A DNA stretch of 64,000 bases. It comes from Eubacteriales bacterium. GTDB taxonomy: Bacteria; Bacillota; Clostridia; Oscillospirales; CAG-272. Shown in pieces: positions 1 to 8,877 of the stretch. The notes under the pieces were generated by a model. That model did no database searches. It was not told where the DNA came from and saw only the letters and a list, made by a program, of their open reading frames with translations. How positions within the stretch are numbered: position 1 is the first letter of the stretch; every line of letters begins with the position of its first letter. The position numbers and the translations under genes are program-made. The stretch spans positions 6,159 to 70,158 of the forward strand of contig JAZSMJ010000041.1 in NCBI GenBank assembly GCA_045535815.1. The letters are read 5' to 3'.

Positions 1-115
1 ACAGTTTTTTGTCCCATTTCGGCTGAGTTAATATTACATTATTATTACAAATGGGACAAATTATTACAAATTCACTTTCGGTGTATCAAAATATGTAAAC
101 TTTTTATCAACACTA

Positions 116-144
116 TTTACAAAAGGGGCAAAAGCGGATATAAT
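116..144 (+). promoter_or_regulatory. sigma-A type promoter for the cysE-cysS leader
   Basis: TTTACA (116-121), 17-nt spacer, TATAAT (139-144), directly upstream of the T-box leader. Confidence 0.5.
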
Positions 145-149
145 GAAAT

Positions 150-385
150 ATAATGTATATAAAAGGCTTTGAGTGGGAAAATTCCGCTTGTATCCTTCGG
201 AAAGAGAAACGTCCCTTGTGCTGAAAGGACGTACGGAGTGAGTGCGGATATGCGCCTGTGAGCCGGCGGGTAATGCCGCACGTCAGTCTGCGTTAAGGAC
301 AAAGGAGTTACAAATCAAAGTGGAACCGCGACTCTTGTTTTATTGCCGCCTTTGGATATTATTATCCGAGGCTATTTTTGTTTTT
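150..385 (+). promoter_or_regulatory. T-box leader (tRNA-sensing transcription attenuator), probably Cys-specific
   Basis: The T-box sequence AAAGTGGAACCGCG lies at 317-330 and an AGAGA box at 203-207. Candidate UGC triplets lie at 243-245 and 251-253 on the 3' side of stem I. A terminator hairpin at 348-372 (10 bp, one bulge) is followed by TATTTTTGTTTTT. The leader sits upstream of cysE-cysS, as in the Bacillus cysES operon. Confidence 0.75.
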
Positions 386-410
386 ATAATGAATTAAAGG
401 AGGCTCGTTT

Positions 411-1133
411 ATGTATAAGAGAACCCTCAGATCATATTTGAGATACGGACCGTCAAGCAAAAACAAGCTGATACAGATGGTAACGAAATGCTATAAGGAA
501 ATAAAGGACGACATAGAAGCCGTAAAGGAAAGAGACCCTGCGGCAAGATCGAATTTTGAGGTGCTTGCACTTTATTCGGGCGTTCACGCAGTGCTTGCCT
601 ACAGACTTGCTCATATTTTGTATAAGAGAAAGCTCTTTCTGCCTGCAAGATTTATAAGCCAGAGCGCAAGATTTTTTACAGGCATTGAGATACACCCCGG
701 TGCAAAGATAGGAAAGGGTCTGTTTATAGACCACGGAAGCGGAGTGGTTATCGGTGAGACGGCTGAGATAGGTGATAACTGCACGCTCTATCAGGGAGTA
801 ACGCTTGGCGGTACGGGAAAGGACGTTGGAAAACGGCATCCTACTCTTGGCAACAACGTGCTTGTCGGCGCAGGTGCCAAGGTGCTCGGACCGTTTAAGA
901 TAGGGGATAATTCAAAGATAGCCGCAAATGCGGTGGTGCTTGAAGCGGTCCCGGAAAATTCGACCGCAGTCGGTATTCCTGCAAGGGTGGTACGCAAGAA
1001 CAAACAAAGAATATGCTCCGATCTTGACCAGGTACATATTCCCGACCCCGTAGCGCAGGAGCTGTGCAAGCTGAATATAAAGATAGAAAAGCTCGAAAAA
1101 ACAATAGAAGAGATGGAGAACAGATCAAAATGA
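411..1133 (+). CDS. cysE: serine O-acetyltransferase
   Basis: RBS GGAGG lies 7 nt upstream. Hexapeptide-repeat beta-helix signature [38 protein letters not shown]. The stop overlaps the cysS start (ATGA). Confidence 0.9.
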   Translation: MYKRTLRSYLRYGPSSKNKLIQMVTKCYKEIKDDIEAVKERDPAARSNFEVLALYSGVHAVLAYRLAHILYKRKLFLPARFISQSARFFTGIEIHPGAKIGKGLFIDHGSGVVIGETAEIGDNCTLYQGVTLGGTGKDVGKRHPTLGNNVLVGAGAKVLGPFKIGDNSKIAANAVVLEAVPENSTAVGIPARVVRKNKQRICSDLDQVHIPDPVAQELCKLNIKIEKLEKTIEEMENRSK

Positions 1134-2539
1134 TAAAGCTTTATAACACTCTCACAAGACGTAAGGAGGAGTTTTCTCCTATTGAAGCAGGCAAGGTAAA
1201 GATGTATGCCTGCGGACCTACAGTATATAATTTTATCCATATAGGAAACGCAAGAAGCCTTGTTGTTTTCGATATGTTCAGACGTATCCTCGAATACAGA
1301 GGATATGACGTTCGCTTCGTTCAGAATTTTACCGACGTTGACGATAAGATGATAAAGCGTGCAAACGAGGAGGGTACTACCGTTCCCGATATAGCCGATA
1401 AGTATATCTCCGAATATATGAAGGATGCTACCGGTCTTGGAATAAGAGTTGCAAGCGTTCATCCCAAGGCAACCGAGAACATTCCCGAGATAATTGCGCT
1501 TATCGAAAGGCTTATCGAAAACGGACACGCTTATGCAGTCGAAAACGGAGACGTTTACTATAGCACAAAGAGCTTTAAGGGCTACGGAAAGCTTTCTCAT
1601 ATAAATATTGAGGAGCTTGAATCGGGTGCGAGAATAGACGTTGCCGATATCAAAAAAGATCCGCTTGATTTTGCTCTTTGGAAGAGTGCAAAGCCGGGCG
1701 AGCCCTATTGGGAAAGCCCCTGGGGCAACGGAAGACCGGGCTGGCATATCGAATGCAGTGCCATGGTCTGCAAGTATCTCGGTGAGTCTATCGATATCCA
1801 TTGCGGCGGTCAGGACCTTTCATTCCCTCACCATGAAAATGAGATAGCTCAGTCGGAGGGCGCAACGGGTAAGCAGTTCTCGAAATATTGGCTCCATATA
1901 GGCTATATCAACGTTGACAACAAGAAGATGTCGAAGTCCTTAAACAACTTCTTTACCGTGCGTGACGTTGCCGAGAAATACGGCTACGAGCCTATCAGAT
2001 TCTTTATCTTAAGCTCGCACTACAGAAGCCCGATAAACTATTCTGCAGATATAATCGAGCAGTCGAAGAATGCGCTTGAGCGTATCCACAACTGTGAGGA
2101 CAGCCTCAGATTCTATATCACAAACAGCGAGGGTGAGATGAAGGAATCCGAAGCTGCGGCAGTCGGAGTTATCGATTCGCACAAGGCGAAGTTTATTGAA
2201 GCAGTTGAGGACGATTTCAATACTGCGGATGCTATTGCGGCATTATTCGACCTCGTGCGTGATATCAATATGATGATAAACGGTGAGGATAAGCCCTCGA
2301 GAGCCCTTGCCGAATATGCACTTTCTGTATTTACAGAGCTTGTAACGGTGCTTGGCTTTGAGGGCAAGTCAGCAGATGACTCACTTGAGGCAGAGATACT
2401 TGAGGCTATCGAAAAGAGAATGGCGGCAAAGAAGGCAAAGAATTATGCCGAGGCTGACGCTATCCGTGCTGCGCTTCTTGAAAAGGGCGTAGTTTTAGAG
2501 GATACACCTCAGGGTACAAAGTATAAGATAGTAAAATAA
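1130..2539 (+). CDS. cysS: cysteine--tRNA ligase
   Basis: Track ORF 1064-2539 trimmed to the ATG at 1130 ([15 protein letters not shown]). Class I aaRS motifs HIGN (FIHIGNARS) and KMSKS are present. Confidence 0.92.
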   Translation: MIKLYNTLTRRKEEFSPIEAGKVKMYACGPTVYNFIHIGNARSLVVFDMFRRILEYRGYDVRFVQNFTDVDDKMIKRANEEGTTVPDIADKYISEYMKDATGLGIRVASVHPKATENIPEIIALIERLIENGHAYAVENGDVYYSTKSFKGYGKLSHINIEELESGARIDVADIKKDPLDFALWKSAKPGEPYWESPWGNGRPGWHIECSAMVCKYLGESIDIHCGGQDLSFPHHENEIAQSEGATGKQFSKYWLHIGYINVDNKKMSKSLNNFFTVRDVAEKYGYEPIRFFILSSHYRSPINYSADIIEQSKNALERIHNCEDSLRFYITNSEGEMKESEAAAVGVIDSHKAKFIEAVEDDFNTADAIAALFDLVRDINMMINGEDKPSRALAEYALSVFTELVTVLGFEGKSADDSLEAEILEAIEKRMAAKKAKNYAEADAIRAALLEKGVVLEDTPQGTKYKIVK

Positions 2540-2598
2540 TGCAAAAACGTCCCGCACGGATGTGCGGGATGGTTTATGCTCGAAGGAGTGTTGTTTGT

Positions 2599-3717
2599 AT
2601 GAACAAAATACTCAAATATTCGCTCCGTGCGCTTGCGGTGCTGTTAGTCACGCTGGCGATGACGGTGGTAGCGCTCTATTTCGTTATGTGGACGCTTGTA
2701 AACGGTCCCTCGCAATCTGCACGCAGACTGTTCGTTCTGTCGGTAAAGGAGACCAGCGCCGCTTATTTCCTTGCGGACATCTATCTTGACAAGGACGAGA
2801 TCGCCGAGATAATGGGGACGTCAGAGGAGCTTTCAGAGGCGGATGACGTAACCGACACCTCTCTTATAAATATCGAGAAAAAGCCCGACGTTGAAAATAT
2901 CGATTCCGATGAGACAGAAGCGTCGGAGGAGGCTCAAACGCAGGAGCAGGGCGAAAGCTCCACGCAAGTCGAAGCGGCCGAGAGTGAGGCTGTGAGCGAA
3001 ACCGAGCAAGACGACAGACTTGAGGGTATCAGAATAGAGGACGTTTCAGGTCCTACCTTTAACGGTAAGATGATAATCGTCTCCGACCCGTCAAGAGTCG
3101 GCGTTGCCATCCTTGACAATTACGGAGAGGGATACAAGGGGCTTACGCTTCGTGATATGGTATCGAAAAGCGGTGCGGTTGCAGGTATAAATGCAGGCGG
3201 ATTCGTAGACCCCGATGGCACGGGAACCGGAAGCATACCCGACGGAATAGTTATTTCGGGTGGGGAGCTTCTTTTCGGCGAAGAAGACAAGCTTTATAAA
3301 AACGTTATAGGCTTTGACGAGAGCTTTATCCTTCACGTCGGAAATATGACTCCGAGTGAGGCTTTAAGTAGCGGTATCGTTGAGGCGGTCAGCTTTGAGG
3401 GCGGTCCCGTTCTTGTAAAAAACGGCGTTCCGCAGAATGAAAAGCGCGCCCTCGGCGGCGGCATCAATCCGAGAACGTCCATCGGTCAGTGTGCAGACGG
3501 AAGCGTTCTTCTTCTCGTTATAAACGGAAGACAGCTTGACAGTCTCGGCGCAACCTTTGACGACCTCGTTGATATTATGCTGTCGTACGGTGCGGTTAAC
3601 GCCGCCAATCTTGACGGCGGATCGTCAGCGCTTATGATTTACGACGGCGAAACGGTTACCAAAAGCTCCTACATATTCGGTGAAAGATATCTCCCGAATG
3701 CATTTATAGTCAGATGA
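2599..3717 (+). CDS. membrane-anchored phosphodiester glycosidase family protein (DUF2233/NAGPA-like)
   Basis: Trimmed to MNKILKYS, which is followed by a TM helix and an acidic linker. The C-terminal domain has NAGGF, NPRTSIG and NLDGGSS motifs. Confidence 0.7.
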   Translation: MNKILKYSLRALAVLLVTLAMTVVALYFVMWTLVNGPSQSARRLFVLSVKETSAAYFLADIYLDKDEIAEIMGTSEELSEADDVTDTSLINIEKKPDVENIDSDETEASEEAQTQEQGESSTQVEAAESEAVSETEQDDRLEGIRIEDVSGPTFNGKMIIVSDPSRVGVAILDNYGEGYKGLTLRDMVSKSGAVAGINAGGFVDPDGTGTGSIPDGIVISGGELLFGEEDKLYKNVIGFDESFILHVGNMTPSEALSSGIVEAVSFEGGPVLVKNGVPQNEKRALGGGINPRTSIGQCADGSVLLLVINGRQLDSLGATFDDLVDIMLSYGAVNAANLDGGSSALMIYDGETVTKSSYIFGERYLPNAFIVR

Positions 3718-3728
3718 GGAGGGAGAAA

Positions 3729-5327
3729 ATGAAAAAAAAAAAAAAATTATCTCCCTTTGCGATAGGGCTTATGATTTATACCGCAGTGCTTGCGATAGTC
3801 ATTGCGGTAGGGCTTATGATCTTTTCAAATTTTCTTGCCGCTTATGAGGCGTCACTTCCCGAAACGGCGCTTGCTCTATTGTCAGACAGCTCTTTGCCCT
3901 TTGCGCAAAGAGAGGGAGTAGCAAATGCATATTTAAGCAATTCCTCAGTCAATACCGATGAGCAGATGCGTGACGCTCTGTGCGCATTAGCAGACGGTGC
4001 GGAAAAAATATCCTTTTCAAAAAATTATACGCATGACCATCATACCGACAAAACTCCCGTATACAGCATACGTGCAGACGGCGAGAGAATAGGTGACGTT
4101 TCCTTGTGCGAGGGCGAGGAAGGCTCGTTTGGCTTTGGCTCGTGGAGGATATCGCAGGTCTATCTGTATCCTGATATTCTGCTATCCGAGCAGATATTTA
4201 TAACTCCAAAGGGGGCGCAGCTCTCTCTTAACGGCTCTGTAATCTCAAACGAGTACGTAAGCGATACCTTTATTGCCGAGGGCAGCTACGGAATAACCGA
4301 CGGCAAAAAATACGACCTTTACGTAATAAACGCTCTTCCAAAAGCTACGGCGGCGGCGACTCTTGACGGAGAGTCACTTTTAAATTCGCAGTCAAGCGGA
4401 GCAGTTGTGTTTGCATATCCCACTCTTCCTGCGCAGGTGTACGTTATAACCGCCCCGAAGGATGCTATCGTAACATTTGACGGACAGCAGCTTTATGAGG
4501 AGCATATAAGCAGCTTTAATGCAGGCAGAGCCGAGAAGAGGAGCGCTTTTGATAAGGACGACAGCCTTCCGATATACGTAACCTATGAGGTAAAGAGCGA
4601 AAGCGAGGCACCGTCGGTGCAGGCAAGCTACAACGGTGAGGCACTTGCGAGCGAGGACGGTCTTTACTTCCCATATCCCGAGAGCATATATAAAACGTAT
4701 ACGCTAAGCGCACCGTCATCGTGTGCCGTTTATGTAAACGGTATCACTCTTGGAAGCGATTATATGACCGATGAAGCAAAGCTTTCAAAGGACGTCGAGA
4801 AATATGCTCAGAATCCTGACAGATACAAAAGCTACGAGATAAGCGACGTTATATCCGAGCTTGATATCAGCTATTCCTATGGCTCAGAGAGCCTTAAGAC
4901 AGAGGGTGACGGATACGATATCGTCATTCCCAGAAATGCCTCTCTTGAGCTCAAGGAAAAATATACCGACGATGCAAGGGCGTTCGTTTTAGACTACGTC
5001 TACTATACGTCAATGGGATATATCGATATTGATGCAAACCACGAAAACGTTAAAAAGAGGGTATACGGTAACACCGAGCTCTATACGGTCATAGTCAAGT
5101 CAAAGGAAGCTATCAAGTGGAATTCGCCCATGCAGATATCCTACGATTCGCTTGAGTGCGATAATTTCACCTATCTTGCGGACAATATCTTCGAGTGCGA
5201 GGTGAGCTACGATCTCGACCTTATATACTACACACAAACACGCAACTATAAGGGAGTATACACCCTCACCTTTATCATAACCGATGAAGGACGTTATCTT
5301 ATAGATATGATAAATACAGCGGAATAA
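3729..5327 (+). CDS. hypothetical membrane-anchored extracytoplasmic protein
   Basis: RBS GGAGGG lies 5 nt upstream of the ATG at 3729. The N-terminus is MKKKKK plus one TM helix, followed by about 490 aa with no motif I recognise. Tightly packed behind the upstream gene. Confidence 0.6.
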   Translation: MKKKKKLSPFAIGLMIYTAVLAIVIAVGLMIFSNFLAAYEASLPETALALLSDSSLPFAQREGVANAYLSNSSVNTDEQMRDALCALADGAEKISFSKNYTHDHHTDKTPVYSIRADGERIGDVSLCEGEEGSFGFGSWRISQVYLYPDILLSEQIFITPKGAQLSLNGSVISNEYVSDTFIAEGSYGITDGKKYDLYVINALPKATAAATLDGESLLNSQSSGAVVFAYPTLPAQVYVITAPKDAIVTFDGQQLYEEHISSFNAGRAEKRSAFDKDDSLPIYVTYEVKSESEAPSVQASYNGEALASEDGLYFPYPESIYKTYTLSAPSSCAVYVNGITLGSDYMTDEAKLSKDVEKYAQNPDRYKSYEISDVISELDISYSYGSESLKTEGDGYDIVIPRNASLELKEKYTDDARAFVLDYVYYTSMGYIDIDANHENVKKRVYGNTELYTVIVKSKEAIKWNSPMQISYDSLECDNFTYLADNIFECEVSYDLDLIYYTQTRNYKGVYTLTFIITDEGRYLIDMINTAE

Positions 5328-5337
5328 GGAAAATAAA

Positions 5338-5886
5338 ATGACAGAACTTATAGCACAGATAATAGGCTTCGTTGCGTTTGCCGCAGCGGTAATATCGTTT
5401 CAGCAAAACACTCATAAGCGTATAGTTATAATGCAGACGGTGTCGACTACGCTGTTTATGATCCATTTCATAATGCTTGGAGCATATACGGGCGCAATAC
5501 TTAACGGCACGGCGGCAGTTCGTTCCTTCATTTATGCAAACAAAGACAAAAAATGGGGACAGAGCAGGATATGGCTTCCGCTGTTCTGCGTGCTGTCTGT
5601 AATACTCGGCGGCCTTACCGCAATAATAAATCTGATAAACGGCAGCTTTACTGCGTGGGATCTTCTCTGCGTCTTCCCGATAACGGGAATGGTGTTAACG
5701 ACGGTATCGTTTAACCTCAAAGATCCCAAGATGGTACGTATAGTATCCTTCCCGAGCTCTCCGCTCTGGATAATCTACAACGTTTTCAACCGCTCCTATT
5801 CGGGCATACTTACCGAGGCGTTCGTTATGTGCTCTATAATCGTGGCGTTTATAAGATACGATATAAAGCCCAAGAATAAGCAGTAA
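5338..5886 (+). CDS. YgjV-like inner membrane protein
   Basis: 182 aa with five or six predicted TM segments. The N-terminal region resembles the YgjV family as I recall it. Confidence 0.5.
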   Translation: MTELIAQIIGFVAFAAAVISFQQNTHKRIVIMQTVSTTLFMIHFIMLGAYTGAILNGTAAVRSFIYANKDKKWGQSRIWLPLFCVLSVILGGLTAIINLINGSFTAWDLLCVFPITGMVLTTVSFNLKDPKMVRIVSFPSSPLWIIYNVFNRSYSGILTEAFVMCSIIVAFIRYDIKPKNKQ

Positions 5887-5894
5887 CTTTTAGA

Positions 5895-5975
5895 AGGACA
5901 CGGATAATTGGTCAAAAAGTCTACGCAAAATAAAGATTTTTTGGTTAGTTTGTCCGTGTCTATTTTTTTGTTTTT
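5895..5975 (+). terminator. long stem-loop plus T-tract downstream of the YgjV-like gene
   Basis: GACACGGA (5897-5904) pairs with TCCGTGTC (5953-5960) and is followed by TATTTTTTTGTTTTTTT. The loop is large, so confidence is modest. Confidence 0.4.
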
Positions 5976-6035
5976 TTGGTATAATATTTACATAGGATAA
6001 AATAAAGGCAAAGCGTTATACTTGAGGACAATTTT

Positions 6036-6536
6036 ATGTTTACTGTCGGTCAGAAAATAGTATATTCATCAAACGGAGTCTGCACTGTTGCGGATATATG
6101 CAACTCGCCCTTTCATAAATCGGATAACCGCTCGTATTATCTGCTTATCCCGATGATAAGCACGGGCAATGCAAAGCTTTACGTTCCACTTGAGAGCGCA
6201 AGCCTTAATCTGCGTGAGCTGATGTCTGAATTTGACGCACAGTCGGTGCTTGATTCGGCATCTGCGGTGGGAATCATAGAGATAGAGCATGAGAAATACC
6301 GTAGAGATACATATAAGCAGACCATAACAAACGGAGAGCCGAGGGAGTATCTCAGATTGATAAAAACGGTGCACGCTCGCCGTGCAGCGTTTGAGGAAGC
6401 TCGCAAGAGGCTTCCCGAAAGCGATTCCCATTTTGACAAGATTGCAAGAACGGCACTCTTCAGCGAGCTTGCAACAGTTCTCGGACGTTCTTATGAGGAA
6501 ATTGAATCGCATATCGAAAAGGCTCTTGCAAAATAA
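6036..6536 (+). CDS. CarD/CdnL/TRCF-domain transcription factor
   Basis: 166 aa. The N-terminus MFTVGQKIVYSSNGVCTV resembles the RNAP-interacting CarD_CdnL_TRCF domain. RBS GAGGA. Confidence 0.65.
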   Translation: MFTVGQKIVYSSNGVCTVADICNSPFHKSDNRSYYLLIPMISTGNAKLYVPLESASLNLRELMSEFDAQSVLDSASAVGIIEIEHEKYRRDTYKQTITNGEPREYLRLIKTVHARRAAFEEARKRLPESDSHFDKIARTALFSELATVLGRSYEEIESHIEKALAK

Positions 6537-6649
6537 TATTGTTATACAATCGGGGGAAACCTTTTTTACAAAAAGGCTTCCCCCGTAACCCCCATTCCAA
6601 AAACTTTTGGGGAAAATCTCCCGGAAGGTAGATACACAGTGCTACATTT

Positions 6650-6681
6650 AAAACGGCGGTCAGAAAGCGACCGCCGTTTTG
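6650..6681. terminator. bidirectional intrinsic terminator
   Basis: AAAACGGCGGTC-AGAAAGC-GACCGCCGTTTT, a GC-rich perfect stem flanked by an A-tract and a T-tract. Confidence 0.6.
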
Positions 6682-6848
6682 CGTGTTTGACAGTTATTGA
6701 TTACGTTTTTATTGTATCATAAGTTATGAACATTTCAAGGCAAATTGAATTATTTGCATTTTTGTGCTATAATTAGATAAAAAGAATTGATAAACAGTTC
6801 GATAAACAAGAAATTGGTGATATGTTTCTGCGGCAGGAGGTAATGGTT

Positions 6849-7334
6849 ATGATTAAACCGAGTATCGAAGAATATATTTGCATGGAATTGCTTTTAGATG
6901 AGCAAGAAGTCGCATTGGATTTCATCAGTTTTTTGAAAGACAACAACTTGATTTTCTATAAAGATAATTGTAATTGTTGGAAAAATAAAATATATTATTG
7001 GGTAAAATTAGACGATGAATGTGTCTGTTTTATTGCAATAAAAGACCCTGACGAAAAAGATAACCATTGGACAGTATGGTCAGATGATATGGGGTCAGAG
7101 TGGCTTGAGCAATACCCCGTTGAGAATAAAGTAAAGGAAATTGCTTGGAAACATATCGACCATTGTGGTCATTGCGGTTCTTGCGGCGGCGGTCGACACA
7201 AAGTTATATTTGGAAAAGAATTTGATGATGTTTGTGGATGTACCTTTAGGATTGACAATCCTACTTTGGATGATTTGTTTTTTCTTAAGAAAATGGTGGA
7301 AATAAGAATTAAAGAAATAAAAAGTCAACAGTAA
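6849..7334 (+). CDS. hypothetical cysteine-rich protein in a low-GC islet
   Basis: Extended -10 promoter (TGCTATAAT, about 6769-6777). RBS AGGAGG lies 8 nt before the ATG at 6849. C-terminal cluster HCGHCGSCGGG...CGC. The region is visibly AT-richer than its flanks. Confidence 0.55.
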   Translation: MIKPSIEEYICMELLLDEQEVALDFISFLKDNNLIFYKDNCNCWKNKIYYWVKLDDECVCFIAIKDPDEKDNHWTVWSDDMGSEWLEQYPVENKVKEIAWKHIDHCGHCGSCGGGRHKVIFGKEFDDVCGCTFRIDNPTLDDLFFLKKMVEIRIKEIKSQQ

Positions 7335-7532
7335 TGAATGTTCTATTCAGTTCCACCAATCCCAATATGTCGAACAGATTGGAGCGGAGGATTTTCCTCT
7401 GCTCTTGTTATATTTCGGGAGTAATCGACAGTAAAATATAACAAACAAATCCAAATGGAAAGAACGTAGAAAGGCAGAAAAAAGATGGTCGGAAAGAAAA
7501 AATGCTCTCGCAAAAGCTGAATAATAAACATT

Positions 7533-7560
7533 AAAACCGCCTATAACGGCGGTTTTTCTT
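7533..7560. terminator. intrinsic terminator with no intact gene directly upstream
   Basis: AAAACCGCC-TATAAC-GGCGGTTTTT. It lies 9 nt after the end of a start-less 30-codon reading frame. Confidence 0.6.
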
Positions 7561-7587
7561 GACTTAATATGAGTGTAGCGGTATAAT
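7559..7587 (+). promoter_or_regulatory. consensus sigma-A promoter with no CDS downstream
   Basis: TTGACT (7559-7564), exactly 17 nt, TATAAT (7582-7587). Confidence 0.6.
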
Positions 7588-7593
7588 AATGTT

Positions 7594-7700
7594 TAATGAA
7601 TAGTGAATAGTGAATAGTGAAATGCAGTTGCTATGCAACTGCCGTGAATAGTGAATAATACAAACAAAAATCCCATCGGCAAGCCGACAGGATTTTCGTT
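7594..7700 (+). ncRNA. candidate small RNA (about 105 nt) with heptamer repeats
   Basis: Bounded by the consensus promoter at 7559-7587 and the hairpin plus T-tract at 7666-7700. It contains TGAATAG repeats flanking a perfect 8-bp hairpin and holds no plausible ORF (8 codons at most). Confidence 0.35.
7597..7658 (+). repeat. TGAATAG heptamer repeats flanking a hairpin
   Basis: Three perfect tandem TGAATAG copies at 7597-7617 plus a partial copy. Hairpin GCAGTTGC-TAT-GCAACTGC at 7624-7642. Then TGAATAG and TGAATAA at 7645-7658. Confidence 0.9.
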
Positions 7701-7775
7701 TGGAGCTGGTGGAGGGATTTGAACCCTCGGCCTATTGATTACGAATCAATTGCGCTACCACTGCGCCACACCAGC
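7701..7775 (-). tRNA. tRNA-Thr (anticodon CGU), CCA encoded
   Basis: The reverse complement folds as a cloverleaf: acceptor GCTGGTG/CACCAGC, D stem GCGC/GCGC, anticodon stem ATTGA/TCAAT with loop TTCGTAA, and T arm GAGGG-TTCAAAT-CCCTC. It has a 3' CCA and is followed by the terminator at 7666-7700. Confidence 0.93.
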
Positions 7776-7793
7776 ATTTATTTGGACCTAACT

Positions 7794-7822
7794 ATTTTAT
7801 CATACGGTCATTGCTTTGTCAA
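7794..7822 (-). promoter_or_regulatory. promoter of tRNA-Thr
   Basis: On the minus strand: TTGACA (7822-7817), 17 nt, TAAAAT (7799-7794), about 12-20 nt upstream of the tRNA 5' end. Confidence 0.55.
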
Positions 7823-7858
7823 GTGAATTTATAAAAAAATGACCTCGGAGGAAGATTT

Positions 7859-8704
7859 ATGAATTTAACGGACGTTGGATACGTAAAGGAGCTTATGGCT
7901 TCGCACGGAATATATTTCAAAAAGAAGTTCGGTCAGAATTTCCTTTTGAATAAGAACGTGCTTGAGCGTATTGCAGATAATTCGGGAGGAGAGGGAGTTC
8001 TTGAGATAGGACCCGGTATAGGCTCACTCACAAGAGAGCTCTGCTCTGCCTGCAAAAAGGTGGTAGCCGTCGAGATAGATACCGACCTTATCCCCATTCT
8101 ATCCCAGACCCTTGCCGATTTCGATAACGTCACCGTTATAAACAGCGATATTATGAAGGTGGATATTCCTGCACTCGTCCGTGAGCACTTTGGCGGAATG
8201 AAGGTTTCTGTCTGTGCAAATCTACCCTATTATATAACCACGCCCATAATTATGTGTCTGCTTGAGTGCGGGGTCAGATTTGAGTCTATAACGGTTATGG
8301 TACAAAAGGAGGTAGCCGACCGATTTACCGCAAAGCCGGGCTCTGCAGAATACGGTGCGGTGACTGCGGCGGTCAATTATTACGGAAGCGTTAAAAAGAT
8401 AGTAAACGTTCCTGCCGGCAACTTTCTTCCGCCACCAAACGTTGACTCTGCCGTTATGAAGATAGATATATTCGATCAGCCGCCGGTAAGCGTAAAGGAC
8501 AGAGCGATGCTGTTCAGAGTTATAAAGGGAGCCTTCGGTCAGCGCAGAAAAACCCTTCTGAATTCGCTCTCGTCTGAGTTTCCTATCCCTAAAACGGATA
8601 TAGAAAGGGCGATCGTATCGGCAGGCTTTGCTCCAACGGTCAGAGGCGAGACCCTTTCGGTTGCCGATTTTGCAAGGATAGCTGATGAAATGTGCAATCT
8701 TTAA
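7859..8704 (+). CDS. rsmA: 16S rRNA (adenine1518/1519-N6)-dimethyltransferase
   Basis: FGQNFL motif and SAM-binding site EIGPGIGSLT. The 281-aa length fits KsgA/RsmA. Confidence 0.9.
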   Translation: MNLTDVGYVKELMASHGIYFKKKFGQNFLLNKNVLERIADNSGGEGVLEIGPGIGSLTRELCSACKKVVAVEIDTDLIPILSQTLADFDNVTVINSDIMKVDIPALVREHFGGMKVSVCANLPYYITTPIIMCLLECGVRFESITVMVQKEVADRFTAKPGSAEYGAVTAAVNYYGSVKKIVNVPAGNFLPPPNVDSAVMKIDIFDQPPVSVKDRAMLFRVIKGAFGQRRKTLLNSLSSEFPIPKTDIERAIVSAGFAPTVRGETLSVADFARIADEMCNL

Positions 8705-8877
8705 AATAAAACTCGAAAAAAATTTCGTTTGTTCATAAACTGTCTATTGAATTTGCAATCTCAATAAGATATAATTAAAATGGTATAATTTGTAGCATAC
8801 GGTATCTGCCGATGCTGCAAATGCTTGATTTTGTTAAAAAAATGAATTAATCTATATAAAGAAAGCAGGCTTAAAAG

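Noticed and set aside
9-60. An inverted repeat, TTTGTCCCATTT...AAATGGGACAAA, at the left edge of the window.
   Set aside because: It has a roughly 28-nt AT-rich loop and lies at the window boundary, so the upstream gene context is unknown. It could be a terminator of an unseen gene, but this cannot be evaluated.
6551-6587. A GC-rich stem-loop (CGGGGGAAACC...GGCTTCCCCCG) right after the carD-like gene, considered as its terminator.
   Set aside because: Neither strand has a U-tract after the stem. The hairpin at 6650-6681, which has flanking A and T tracts, is the better terminator. This one may be a stabilising stem-loop, and I cannot say more.
7343-7531. A 62-aa minus-strand ORF between the Cys-rich gene and the terminator.
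   Set aside because: It is a hydrophobic, Phe-rich translation with no RBS. The plus strand carries a more gene-like, but broken, frame ending just before the terminator. Neither can be called an intact gene.
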